Source: Oopsacas minuta
Lineage: Eukaryota; Animalia; Porifera
Direction: 5' to 3'
Assembly (NCBI GenBank): GCA_024704765.1
Contig: JAKMXF010000222.1
Coordinates: 186,001-250,000, forward strand
DNA length: 64,000 nucleotides
Shown: piece by piece, positions 21,201 to 33,488 of the stretch
Position numbering within the stretch: position 1 is the stretch's first letter
Layout of the letters: each line of letters begins with the position of its first letter
Translations under genes and position numbers: made by a program
Notes under the pieces: model-generated
What the model was told of the DNA's origin: nothing
The model's input: only the letters and a program-made list of their open reading frames with translations
Database searches by the model: none

Positions 21201-23692
21201 ATTGTATTAGTGCAGAAGAAAAGAGCGAATGTTGGGAGAGAATACTCTTATTGATACAGAGCCCTTTCTTAGCATTATCAGCTACAATTAGAAACGCATT
21301 AGAATTCACTAAATGGCTGAGAGGGGTCCAGAAGAGGAAATTTGAACTTAAAGAAGCAGGGAAACTTCCATCAGCAGGGATAGTGCATTTGATTTCACAT
21401 GAACAAAGATTTTCAGATCTTTCCAAATTTCGATTTGACAATAAAACAAACACACTGCATCATGTTCACCCTTGGACTTGTTTGAAATATGAACATCTAA
21501 AAACTTCAGGCTACCCTGAGGATCTCACATTGATAAGTGATGAGTGTTTGGGTGCGTATGAAGCACTGCGTTGGGTGTCGAGGGAATCTGAAGAGATCGA
21601 TGAAGATATCCTAAATGCAATACCTCCGTTAGATCCAAACTTTTTCTTCAGTGATATAAGAGAAATTACTAAAAATGACGTCAGGGATTACGATAAAGAA
21701 CTTTCTCAATTGTTATTAATGCTTGCGGAAAAAAGTTTTCAAAAGGAATATGAACAGCTGATGGAACGATTGAGGTCAGAGTTCAGCCAAGAACAGAAAC
21801 TAGCTATCACCACCACGCGAAAAGTTACGAAAATTCAAAGTGAAAAAGATATGGAAAAATTGAAGGAATCTCATGACTTGAAGTTTCTACGTGATTTAGA
21901 ATCCTCAAACAAACTTCCTTGTATAATATTTATCACAGACTTATATGATGTAGGCCGATTGGCTAAGGGACTACTTGGAGAACTCGAACATTTGGAAGAG
22001 ATAAAAACATCACTAGAGGGTGAAGACAAGGCAGTCAATAAAGAGAAAAGGATCAGAGAACTGACACGAGAACTTGATAAACTCCGCAAGCGATTAGATA
22101 CTAAATTAGGAGAAGAATCGAGAGATGAGATCGAAGCTCAAGTCCAAGGTTTATTAGACGAGTTAAGTGCTGTTCCTGAAGAGGACGAAGTTGATGAGGA
22201 TTACACATTTGCGAATCGTGGAATTCTCACCGCAAGTGACAAGGCTAAGTTAATCGATAACATGAGATATAAAGACAACATCTCTCTATTCAAACGATTA
22301 CTTGCACGCGGCATAATGATCCATCATGAAGAATTAACGAATAAAGAAAAACAATTTTCAGAAATTTCCTATCGCTGTGGTTATGTAAAAATTTTGATTT
22401 CAACAAGTACCCTTGCTTTGGGTATCCATATGCCTTGTAAGACAGTTGTATTCTACAAAGATTCTCTCTTCCTAACAGCACTACAATACAGACAAATGTC
22501 TGGTCGTGCTGGTCGAAGAGGTTATGATTTAATTGGTAATGTTATCTTCCATAACATTCATTCAGAAAAATTCAATTTACTCAATACAGCCCCTGTAGGG
22601 AGATTATACGGTAATCATATTTGGTCTACTTCAACTCTACTACGCTTGATAATTCTATTGAACGAGGAAGAAACGAAAGAGAACATTGGCATGGCTCTAA
22701 CCCTATTCCACAGACCATTCTTGTCATATATTGCTAGTGGTAATCATATTTCTGAGGTGATCAAATTCGAAGTATTATTTTCAGATCATTATCTAATACA
22801 AGAGGATTTCCTTGATGGTAATGGCGCACCAACTGTAGACGCAGCCTTGCTTTCGTACTTTTCATTCGCAGAGCCTTCAAACTTCTTTCTTCTCACTTTG
22901 CTACGTTCTGGGCTCTTAATCCGAATCGCTGATGGATATAATGATTCTAGTAGCGATCAGAAAAGGCAAATAAAGGAAAAATTAATGCTAGTGTATTGTC
23001 ATATATTATACTTGCAATATATCCCTCCTATGAAAATGTTATTATGCAATACTCTACCTGATTTACCAGATGAAATATCAAAAGTTTTTAATGAGCATAA
23101 TTTCAGGGCATTTTCTCTCTATCGCTATCATATCCAATCAATGTGCTGTTCACTCTGTATTAAAAATGAGCTAAAACACTTAAAACAACTACCAATGAGT
23201 AATATAGACTTTTCAAAGGAAGAGCCCATTCACAATCCTGTCGAAGATTCTCTAAACGATTCTCTTCAAAAATCTCGCCTCAGTAGTTACCTACTTTCAC
23301 CATTTATACAGAATAGTGGTCTTTCAGATGGTAGCGTTGCTTCAACATGCGCACTAATCAAATGCATACCTCCATCTATTGACATTGATACCAGCATACT
23401 TCCTATATCTCAATTCTGGAGTTTAAATCATACTGGCATCCCTAAAAACAACTACGTGTTTAAACTGTATACCGTTTCGGATATTTCACTGGAAGAAGTT
23501 TTAAATATCTCAGGGCTAACTGATCCTGATTTATTCAAGAATTTGAGGTATTTTTATGTAGCAATAAAGTCAGTTTATTATGTGGCAAAGCGTAAATTGC
23601 CTTTGGAGGATGATTTCAGAGCTGCTATGGATCATATTAATATGGACATCAAGTTATTAATGAAGAAAATGTATCGTGGTGTGAGAGTATAA
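18279..23692 (+). CDS. DDX60: DDX60-like Ski2-family DExD/H RNA helicase (2 exons; intron 18474-18532)
   Basis: PDDWQVKLLD, APTSSGKTF, ILDEVH, LALSATI, QMSGRAGRRGYD. Exon 1 (..DGDSLL) joins in frame via GT 18474 / AG 18532 to IDFFESPYLDWEHGGQ. Confidence 0.88.
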
Positions 23693-23944
23693 CTTTGTGA
23701 TTCTATCAAAATAAGAAATTCTTTATTTCTACTATTTTCTTCAGATAATTTGAATTTAGTTAGTTGATTGTTAGGTTAGATTGTATATGGATTTGAGGAA
23801 ATTTCAAGCCCCGTTTCCTTGATCAATCTTTTATTAGAATTCTTTTTTGGTCATTTTTTGGTTGTTTTTTTTGGTTATTATCTATCAGGTAAGGAATTTT
23901 TGAAATATTTTGCTTTTTTATTGTTGCTAGCTTGTATTCGTATA

Positions 23945-26900
23945 ATGGAGGATTTGGTTAGGAGGCTGATTAGCTCTGTGGGGGCCACACATATGTCTCC
24001 TCAACAATTTACATTTTTTAAATCATCAAAGGTGAAAGAAAGAGATATACCATTGGATAAAATATTAGCTATTCTTTCTGACGAAAATCCTAAATCTGAA
24101 GATTCTGATGATGAAGAAGGAATAAAGAGTGTTGACGATTCAGAATATAACTCTCTTAAAAGCTATATTTCTTATCTAATAACTAAATATTCCAATGGCA
24201 AATCCACCGAGCGTGTCGCGGAACTTTTCGAAGGTTTAGACAATATTAACACAATAAACTTACCCGTAAAACTAGGAATGTTGAAGTCATTGTTAATCCT
24301 CTCCGAATCAAGAGAAGGGAAAACAAATTATAGACGTCCAGAGGCTTTACCTTACAGTGATGGCACACAAGCATTTTCATTATACACTGATGATTATTTT
24401 GATAATCTTTCAGCAAAAAATCGAATGTTGTTTTCTAATACAAGTCAATTGGATAATGTTGGATCGAATCTTTCCTTGGACAGCGGATATTTTAGCCTAC
24501 CCACTTTGCCAACACCGAGATCAAGAAGTAGTGGTAAATGGAGCGAACTCAACGATCTAACTGATGTACAAACTATTTTATCAAAATATTCCGGTAATTA
24601 AGATTAGAAATAGGTAATGGAAAAATTCAAAATGACAATAAAATTTGAAATATGTTGAAACAAGTAGCAGATTGTCAGTTCAAAAATCGTATGCGAGATG
24701 CACATCTGTAGGTCACATTGAACCTGATGACAAAGTTTCAGCACTTAATCTTGAACGGTGTGGGCCGTGGGACCGTACACGGTAAAAACAAAAATCTGAA
24801 ATTACAACATGTAGCTGTCCCGATAGCATAGTAATTCTTGTTAACATTGTATATAGTTTTCAAAATATATACTCTACAGATATATCTCAATACAATTTAT
24901 CATCTGCATTTGCATCTGTACAGAAAGAAGCTAACCCAGAACGTTTCACAAAAAAGCGAGTAAAAAAGGAAGTACGTCCCAGATTGATATCAGAAACGCC
25001 TGAACTATACTCTGACTACATTATTTTCATAAAAAATAAAGATCTACTCGATCAAGCTATTCACCCAATCATTCACCCAGCACCAACTCCACACATAGAA
25101 CTATTCAATGCTGCAACCTACACATTACAAGGTATTGACTCTAATATTTGTTTGATGAATAGACGCTCTACGAATTTCAGAGTGAATGAGTATATTGCAT
25201 CAGATATGTACAGCACAACAACATTAGTTAATCTATTTAGAAGGTTTGCCAAAATCGGGAGTTGTTATTCGAGACTTAAAAAGCTCGCCGACTATCTACA
25301 AACTGGGGCAAACGGGACCATCGGTACAGCACTTGGCGTGGCCTTAAACGTAGTACTAAATCTATACCTGGTTAATATAATTAACTTCTCTCCACCCAAA
25401 GTAAATCCTGATGACGTAACACTACTACAACTTTACTCACATTTCCATCCATTATTCATATTAATGGAAGGCTTAGGGAAGATATTCAATTGTCTGAATA
25501 CGACAGATGATAAATGGGAGCCATACTTAATTTCCCTTCAACGAGGTCTTGATCTCTTGCTGTACATACAAGATTGCACTATAGGAATTGTTAACACAGA
25601 TCCATTGCATAGTGCCATGTGTTATTTGCTTAAACAGTCGAATATACCTCTGCTGGGCTATATACAACACTGGATATTCCATGGACAGGTAAGGATTGTA
25701 TTTTTCGATTTTATAAGCAAACTTACAGAAAATTTCTAGATTAAAGACCCAACGAATGAATTCGGGTTAGAAGCTAATGAAGATAAACTAGCTTGTAGAG
25801 ATGAAGAATTCTGGACGCGAGGGTTCACTTTCGGTGAGAATTTCAAGTTCCCTTGCTTCCTGGAGGGAATTGAAGACAAATTACTTCTCTGCGGTAAATC
25901 TCTAACCTTGTTGAGGATATGTGATCCTACACACTATTTGATAGCTAAACAACCTTTCTCTCAACTTAGAATGAAAGTGTGCCTCAACACACGAATTATC
26001 AGGGTACTTAGATATCATATTACAGCTCCTATAGGGAGATACATATCCTAATAGTATGGACAATACATGACAGCCAAGCTTCAAATTATCTGTGATTAAT
26101 TGGATGGATATATTTTGGGATAGTTTCAGAATTTTTTGGTTTTTAAAATTTCGGAAATTTTCCTTGCCAAATACAGGGATTTTTAATATTTTCCCTCTAT
26201 TCCACCCGAAATTTCCAGAAATATAGCAAAAATGGACCAATTTTCCCGGGAAGAGTTGGCAAGTATGTAATTTGTTTATTCCTTCTTTGCTAGGAGTACA
26301 TGGAGTACTGGGAAAACTACAAAGGCGAGATAACGAGCTATTTGGATAGGTTAAGACGTAGAGAAGAGGAAGAAAGGAAACAGATCGAAATAGACAGAGC
26401 TCAGGTTATAATTAAAAACAACGAAGAGAAGAGACGAAAAGCAAGAGTATACAAACAAGAGCAACAAAGAATGGCTACAGAACGTAAACAGAAATTAATG
26501 GCAGATTTACAAGTACAAATTGATGAGAAGAAAAGATTGAAAATTGAACAAAATGAAAAGGAGAGAGAACTTGATGCGTATTATGCAGCGAAATCTGGTA
26601 CGGTATTAGAAGCTGGGGTGGAAGCTTCTGGATTAGTTGAAATAGTTAAAAAAGAAATTGTAGAAGAATACGCAGCTTTGGAGCAGGAAGCTTTGGATAA
26701 ACGGAAAATTGCTGAAAAGAAAAAAATTGAATTAGCAGAGAAATTAGGTATCATTGAGACACAGCCAGAGACTGGGCTTGATTCACAAGAGAATACTCTA
26801 GAATTTTCAGACAATCCTGTTGAAAGCAGTCCAGTAGACCAAAAACCAATCGAAAGTCCTCCAAAGTTATTCTCAGCAGTTCCTGAACCTGAAATTTTGG

Positions 26901-28651
26901 TTGAAAAAGACTACACGGAAAATCTTGTAAAATCAAAAATAGATGAATATGAAATTATAGAATCAGACAAACCAGTAAAAGAAGGGTTGATACTACCTGA
27001 ACCAAATCCTGAGTCACCAGTCTCAAAAAAGGAACAAGAATCAAAAAAGGAACAAGAATCAAAAAAGGAACAAGAATCAAAAAAGGAACAAGAATCAAAA
27101 AAGGAACAAGAATCAAAGAAGGAACAAGAATCAAAAACTTTCAAAGACAATTTTTATTTTAAAACGCAACAAAAGTTTAAAGACTGTTCGCTCATGGATG
27201 AAAACCTAATTTTAGAAATTAGCGAGGCTATGGAAGACCAATTTAAGGATTTTTTCAAAGAACAAGAATCTTTCACAAACTACCCAATAGCTGAACTTGT
27301 AAAATGTTCATATTTCTTCCCAGTACATACACAAGCTAAAATCGTGAATATTTACGTTTTAGACTATTTCCGGAATCATTTAGAACTCGATAAGCATTTG
27401 ACTGTACTGAGGAAATTTGTAATGATGGAGAATGGAGAATTTGGCGATTCCCTTTCAATGCAGATTTTTAACCTATTATACATGCCAGATAGGCCGCAAT
27501 ACTTTTTCCATTTAAATCTAATCCTTGAAAGGGCATTGATCGCTTCGAGAATTAACAAACTGCCTCAAGTCGAGAACTTAGTTCTTGGCTATAAAGAACA
27601 GGAAAATATCTCAATTGCGAGTAGGAGATCTTCAGAAAAACAGCATTTAGTCACAGATGAATTATCTAATATTGTATTAGAGTATAATGTAGGATGGCCG
27701 ATAAACGTAGTGTTAAGAAATTTTACAGTTAAAACTTGCTATACGAAGATATTCAACTTTCTAATGCAAGTGAAGAGAGGTATTTGGTGCATGAATTCTG
27801 TGACCTCAGCTCTCAAGGCGATACAGGTATATTTTAATCTGGCCAATCTAGCCTTGTTCAATTCGATATAAGTAGAATGCAATATAACACAATATAATAT
27901 CAATGATACAATCAACTCCCGTTATATCGAAGCTCAAGGTACCGTGATAATAAAATGATATAGCCGCTGAGATTTATATTACTTTCACGATTTGGGGCCA
28001 CATTTGTACAATTCAGACTACGATATAAGCGGGTATTTTGATATCGTATTCGTGTTCGACATAACGGGAGTTGACCGTATAAGCCAAAATTTGAATTGGA
28101 TTCATACAAATTAACATTTTTAGGACAGGCTTGTGAACCCAAACCAACACGCTTTGAACCAGATAAAGTGTCTCCATCTCTACAGACATGAAATGCAACA
28201 TTTCGTAATAGTACTTCAAAACTACCTTGCTAACCAAGTGCTGAAAGTAAGCTGGGCATCTTTCCAGGCTCGCTTAGAAAAAATTGAAAATCTTGAACAG
28301 TTATACATGGAACATAGAAACTATGTGAATCAAATAATGATAAATATGGTGCTTAACATTAAAGGAAAGCCAATTTACAATTCCATAAAAAGGATATTCT
28401 TCTTCATTTTCAAATTCTACACACGAATACAGGAATCTCATTGGGAAGAAGACGAATCATCTTTGAATAATTTCGAACTTTTGAAAGAACAATATTTCCA
28501 ATACAAAAAGGTTACAAATTTCGTTTGCTCTTTAATAACGAAATTAATTAACAACGGCTATTCCTCCCAACTTGAATATTTTATTCTATTAATAGACTTT
28601 AATGATCGTTTTGCTAAAGAGAATGTTTCCAAACATCCTAGAGATTACTGA
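23945..28651 (+). CDS. TUBGCP6: Gamma-tubulin complex component 6, multi-exon (approximate exons 23945-24593, a small unresolved exon near 24680-24780, 24880-25688, 25740-~26004, 26294-27826, 28124-28651)
   Basis: GRIP motifs WIFHGQ|IKDPTNEF, LRKFVMMENGEFGDSL, LEYNVGWPINVVL..YTKIFNFLMQVKR, RHEMQHFV; large coiled-coil/repeat insertion typical of GCP6. Splice junctions near 24.6-24.9 kb not resolved. Confidence 0.82.
26030..26267. mobile_element. Family C element in a TUBGCP6 intron (right end clear, left end approximate)
   Basis: Ends in GAGTTGGCAAGTATG, shared with 8715 and 48278. Confidence 0.4.
27023..27136 (+). repeat. 18-bp coding tandem repeat x6 (SKKEQE)
   Basis: TCAAAAAAGGAACAAGAA repeated six times with a single substitution. 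Confidence 0.97.
27909..28077. mobile_element. MITE family A copy 3 (in the last TUBGCP6 intron)
   Basis: TA-CAATCAACTCCCGTTATATCG ... CGACATAACGGGAGTTGACCG-TA. Confidence 0.8.
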
Positions 28652-29001
28652 TACTTAATTGTATTAGACGTTTATTAAATATATCTCTTATATAGCTAAA
28701 GTGACCTTATGACAACCACCAACGGCCCATTGACTCTTGATTGGGAACCGCTAACCTTAGGTATGCTTTTGATCAGGGTCGTGATTATCCGTTAGTATTA
28801 TAGTGTAATCTTTAAATACAATCAGCAATACGACAGATAAATGATCGTTTATCTATTGAAATTATCTACAAAATTATCCGAGTATTCGAATACCTCAAAA
28901 CTGTTTCTATATACATTTTTTATAATTTGAGGGAGGCCTAGAGGTCTGAAAGTGGATAAATATTAATAAATTCATCCAAATTCAGAGCTAAATATCTTCA
29001 A

Positions 29002-29814
29002 ATGCGACAAGGAAGGGGGAAGCTATTACTCACCATAACTCTCGTATGCTTAATACTAACAACTACACTATTAATCTATAATAAATACAATTCAAATCCC
29101 AAATCACTCAACCTAATACTCCAGAAAAACTTCCATTTTATCTGGATATCTCCTACACTCGATAAAACAACTATACCATCTATTGAGACTGATTTGATGA
29201 ATAACATCAAATCATGTCGTATACTACATCCAAACTGGAAATTCATTATATGGACAGATGACACAGTGCGATTAGAATTCCCAGAATTATCCAAGTTTCT
29301 AATTAAAGTGAAAACCCCCGCTGCAATGAGCGACATCCTCCGTATATATATACTAGTCCGTTATGGTGGCGTGTATTTAGATATGGACGTAACCTGCATT
29401 CAAAATATCGAGTCATTACTACAATTCCAATATTGTACAGCATTTGTTGGTAATGAAGAAAGCATGGTAGATAACGGTGTTGTAATACACATTACAAATG
29501 CATTAGTTGCTTCCACAGCTAATCATCGTATACTAACCAAGGCAGCAGAAGAGATAATAAACACTGCACTTGATGACGTCAGTCCTGATATCAAAACAGG
29601 ACGTGTATTTCTAGCTAATATTATTAACAAGTATAATACAACGGATGACGACTGTATCTATGTCTATAGGAAGAAAGTGTTTTATCCGTGTGCGTTCATT
29701 GAAAGGGAACATTGTAGTACAATGTATCAAGATTCTAAACATGATCCAGAAGTCTATACTTTCCATTGGTGGAAAAGTTCGTGGCTTAAAGAATGGGATA
29801 GTATTTTGGAGTAA
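29002..29814 (+). CDS. GT32 (DXD-motif, Och1/Sur1-like) glycosyltransferase with N-terminal membrane anchor
   Basis: FHFIW, HPNWKFIIWTD, SDILRIYILVRYGGVYLDMDV, YTFHWWKSSW; hydrophobic residues 8-26. Confidence 0.85.
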   Translation: MRQGRGKLLLTITLVCLILTTTLLIYNKYNSNPKSLNLILQKNFHFIWISPTLDKTTIPSIETDLMNNIKSCRILHPNWKFIIWTDDTVRLEFPELSKFLIKVKTPAAMSDILRIYILVRYGGVYLDMDVTCIQNIESLLQFQYCTAFVGNEESMVDNGVVIHITNALVASTANHRILTKAAEEIINTALDDVSPDIKTGRVFLANIINKYNTTDDDCIYVYRKKVFYPCAFIEREHCSTMYQDSKHDPEVYTFHWWKSSWLKEWDSILE

Positions 29815-30268
29815 TAATTAATTATTGCTAATACGTATGTATATTAAATCTTTGAGATTTCTCATTAACAATTCGAGAACTACTGTTTTCATGCAGAATA
29901 TCTATTGGAGAAATCAGCCAAAATAGAAGTTACGTCACAAAAATTGTCATAATGAACTTAGAAAATAATATATACATATCTACCAGTAACTAATTGATTG
30001 CAGTCCTTGCTCTACCTTGAACCCGCTACATACAATAGCTCCATGGGGCGAATTCAATAATCTCATATTCAAGTCATTACATTAAATTGTATTATCATCT
30101 CTACCAGATTACCATATTACAATGCTGATATGTATTACTATGTTTTCATGATAATCAATGGTATCAGATTAAATGGTATTTGTTACCTAGTGTAATTAAG
30201 TAATTAGGTGGAAACTAAGAAGATGGCTTAAATAACTATAAATAACATATTCCTTTTGGAAACAACAA

Positions 30269-31540
30269 ATGTCAGATAATATTTCTATTCATATAGGGCA
30301 AGCTGGATGCAATATAGGAAACACTCTATGGGAATTGTATTGTATGGAAAATGGTTTAGGAAGAGATGGTAATCTGGTTGATGCAAATTCAGACCATTTT
30401 TATCACGATACAACGTTCTTTACACAAAATTCAAAGAAACATTATACTCCTAGATCAATATTTGTTGACTTTGACAGCGTAAATATTGATGCAATCAAAA
30501 CGTGTTATCCAAAACTGTACAATCCTGATAGTCTAATATCTAAGCAAAATGGACTCAATACATTCGCTACGGGATATCACACAGAAGGTAAATTGATTCT
30601 AGAAAGTGTAATGGAGGAAATACGTAGAATTTGTGAAGTAACTGATAGAAGTAAAATATTCTGGATATTTCATTCTCTAAGTGGTGGTACAGGTTCTGGA
30701 TTAGGGAGTTTAATATTAGATGAAATTAACTGTGAATATAAAGGGATTAAATTCCAAGTTGCGACACTCCCTGATACAGATAAATTATCAAGTTTAGAAT
30801 GCTACAACTCAACTCTCTCATTCAGTTCGTGTATTGAATTAGCAGATATGAGTTTATTCTTCTCGAATAGAAAAATAGCACAAATTCTACAACAAGATTA
30901 CCATACAGTTCCCTTAACAAATACAAACAGACATATTTGCATAGCTCTATCCTCTCTAACTTCAAGTTGTAGACAATCTTTTGGTAAAGATATTAGCGAT
31001 CAAATTGACATCAAGGTTTACCCCAGAATGCATTACCCATTAATTTCATACTACCCAACTTCAAAAATACACCAGATATACAAGGAAAGTCCCACTGTAA
31101 AAGATTTGACTATTCGTTGTTTTGATAGTAGAAATGTTGTGCTAGAGGCCGACCCTTCATTTGGCTTATATATCAATGTAAATCTGTTTTATAGAGGTGA
31201 TGTACAACCACGTCACGTCATTGAATCGTTTGTACATTTAGGAGATAATGTTGAGTTGTTATATTGGACGCCAGCTGGGCTTAAGATATCCTATTCAGAT
31301 CACTCGCGGTTTATTTCACCTGAGAGAGATTTGCTACGTGTTAATCGTTCTGTATGTATGGTGTCACAAAACACAATATTTAAAGAGTATCTCAAAGGAT
31401 TGTCAGATAAATTCAGTGCTACTTTTCGCAAGAAGGAATTCCTAGATTTGTACATAAAGAATGGAGTTGAGGAATTAGAATTTCAGAATTCAAAAGAGAA
31501 TATTGACTCTCTGATACAGGAATATGAAGAGTTAATTTAA
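30269..31540 (+). CDS. Highly divergent alpha-tubulin-like protein
   Basis: ISIHIGQAG, PRSIFVDFD, HSLSGGTGSG, YPRMHYPL, RSVCMVSQNT, EELEFQ..EYEEL are collinear with alpha-tubulin. Confidence 0.85.
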   Translation: MSDNISIHIGQAGCNIGNTLWELYCMENGLGRDGNLVDANSDHFYHDTTFFTQNSKKHYTPRSIFVDFDSVNIDAIKTCYPKLYNPDSLISKQNGLNTFATGYHTEGKLILESVMEEIRRICEVTDRSKIFWIFHSLSGGTGSGLGSLILDEINCEYKGIKFQVATLPDTDKLSSLECYNSTLSFSSCIELADMSLFFSNRKIAQILQQDYHTVPLTNTNRHICIALSSLTSSCRQSFGKDISDQIDIKVYPRMHYPLISYYPTSKIHQIYKESPTVKDLTIRCFDSRNVVLEADPSFGLYINVNLFYRGDVQPRHVIESFVHLGDNVELLYWTPAGLKISYSDHSRFISPERDLLRVNRSVCMVSQNTIFKEYLKGLSDKFSATFRKKEFLDLYIKNGVEELEFQNSKENIDSLIQEYEELI

Positions 31541-31696
31541 TGATTATTATTTGTATATTTCACACTGTTTCCAGTCCCAATATATCCGTCTGGATTGTAA
31601 CAAAACTATATACCAAAATGTAAAATAATTCCAACTACCAATCTAACTACAACAATCTAATATAACCATAATATCTCTAATCCCAAGATACATACA

Positions 31697-32971
31697 CTAT
31701 GCATAGTAGACAAGATTTGTTTTTTTCTTAGCCTGTACCTCCAAAATCCCTTCCATATAGTCTTCATGTGTTAAGTCAACAGCTCCACGTCTGAGAGCAA
31801 TCATACCAGCTTCAACACATACTGCTTTACACTGTGCACCGTTAAAATCGTCAGTACATCTGGCTAACTCTTCGAAATTAACGTTTTCATGCAGATTCAT
31901 TTTACGTGAATGTATTTGCATTATACGCGCTCGACCCTCTTCATTCGGCATTGGGAATTCTATTTTACGGTCTAAGCGTCCAGATCTTAGCAGGGCTGGG
32001 TCTAGGATATCAACTCTGTTGGTAGCAGCTATAACCTTTATACGATCATCTGAAGAGAAGCCATCTAATTGGTTTAATAGCTCCAACATTGTACGCTGTA
32101 CTTCTCTATCTCCTTCTTTCTCACTTGCAAACCGTTTGCTACCAACAGCATCTAACTCGTCAATGAATATAATCGCTGGTACTTTTTCTTTTGCGAGAGC
32201 AAACGCGTCTCTTACCAACTTCGCACCGTCTCCAATAAACATCTGCACTAACTGCGGACCTGCTAATTTCAAGAAAGCGGAATTAGTTTGAGCAGCACAA
32301 GCTCTGGCTAGTAGAGTTTTCCCAGTGCCAGGAGCTCCGTAGAGAAGCACACCTTTCGGTGGCTGAATACCGATATTATCGAATTTATCCTTATGAGTCA
32401 TCGGTAATACAATAGCTTCAATCAATTCTTTTATCTGTTTATCTAATCCTCCTATATCGTTATATCTCTCTGTGGGTTTTTCGTCTACTTCCATTGCTTT
32501 CACTCTTGAGTCGTATTCAGCTGGCAAGGTGTCTAGGATAAGGTATGAGTCTTTATTGACTCCCACGAGATCCCCTGGGTGTAGTTTTTCAGGGTCAACA
32601 AGACCAATAACAGGTAGGAAGTACGTCTGTCGGGTTGATGTTTTTATGACAGCGCATTTTCCTTTTCGCTGTGCATCTAGATCAATGTTTCCCCCTTCTT
32701 CTTCTTCGTCTTGTGGGTCCATATCAAGAATTTCAACGACAGTCGACACCAAGTAAGGCAACACTTTGAAAACTTTTATTTTCTCAGCGTTTTCCTTGAT
32801 TTTCTCATTCATTTGCGTCATTTCTGATGTTGCTGTCCTTATTTCAGATCGCATTATTCCAATCTCAGTGTTCAGTAGTCTAATTCTATGCTGGAGATCT
32901 TCAGTAGACATCCGTAATATGTCTTCATCTATCTCTGTGTCTTGGATAAGCTCGTCTTCAAGATTTGTCAT
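31697..32971 (-). CDS. PSMC3: 26S proteasome AAA-ATPase subunit 6A (Rpt5/TBP-1)
   Basis: [41 protein letters not shown]-terminal LVYYA HbYX motif. Confidence 0.98.
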   Translation of the reverse strand: MTNLEDELIQDTEIDEDILRMSTEDLQHRIRLLNTEIGIMRSEIRTATSEMTQMNEKIKENAEKIKVFKVLPYLVSTVVEILDMDPQDEEEEGGNIDLDAQRKGKCAVIKTSTRQTYFLPVIGLVDPEKLHPGDLVGVNKDSYLILDTLPAEYDSRVKAMEVDEKPTERYNDIGGLDKQIKELIEAIVLPMTHKDKFDNIGIQPPKGVLLYGAPGTGKTLLARACAAQTNSAFLKLAGPQLVQMFIGDGAKLVRDAFALAKEKVPAIIFIDELDAVGSKRFASEKEGDREVQRTMLELLNQLDGFSSDDRIKVIAATNRVDILDPALLRSGRLDRKIEFPMPNEEGRARIMQIHSRKMNLHENVNFEELARCTDDFNGAQCKAVCVEAGMIALRRGAVDLTHEDYMEGILEVQAKKKTNLVYYA

Positions 32972-33488
32972 ATTTTTGACACCTGTCGATATAACTGTAA
33001 TTCAAAATAATTTGATATTTCAACCAAAAAAGATCAAAATATGTAAATGTTCTATATATTCTCATAAATCAAGCTAACAAAAGCTATTATTAAATTTCGA
33101 TCCATGGACCAGTTTGTGGTCCACAGACGACTGTAGGCGATCTATAGGATCTCAAAATTTGTTAAAATTGGAATTGGATCTCAATACCACCAATACATGC
33201 TGTGTAAAAAGAATAAAGTGCCGTACTTCGCGGTTCGAAAAAGTTTGTGAAAATAAACCGTAAGAATCCCATAATTATATACGGCATACAAATACGAGTA
33301 AAATGAATTAATCAGGAATACCTCATACACATAAGGTTCTATAAATACGCATGACGTTATCACGAGGAATTTGCAGAGATATTCGCATTATATTTATAAC
33401 TTCTAGACTATCTCTCGCTACTCACCATGGATGTGAATCGACTACTTAGCTAGCTAGCACTAAATTGGTTGTTAATCACAGGTGGTTG

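Noticed and set aside
23819-23944. Hydrophobic N-terminal extension of the TUBGCP6 ORF
   Set aside because: Translation of T-rich upstream DNA from a TTG; ATG 23945 is the more plausible start.
27023-27136. CRISPR-like array
   Set aside because: Head-to-tail 18-mers without spacers, in frame within TUBGCP6.
33220-33245. TACTTCGCGGTTCGAAA, resembling the framed-tRNA linker plus a T-loop
   Set aside because: No cloverleaf, no AGGAGG/CCTCCT stem and no terminator; treated as a chance match, so not a third unit.
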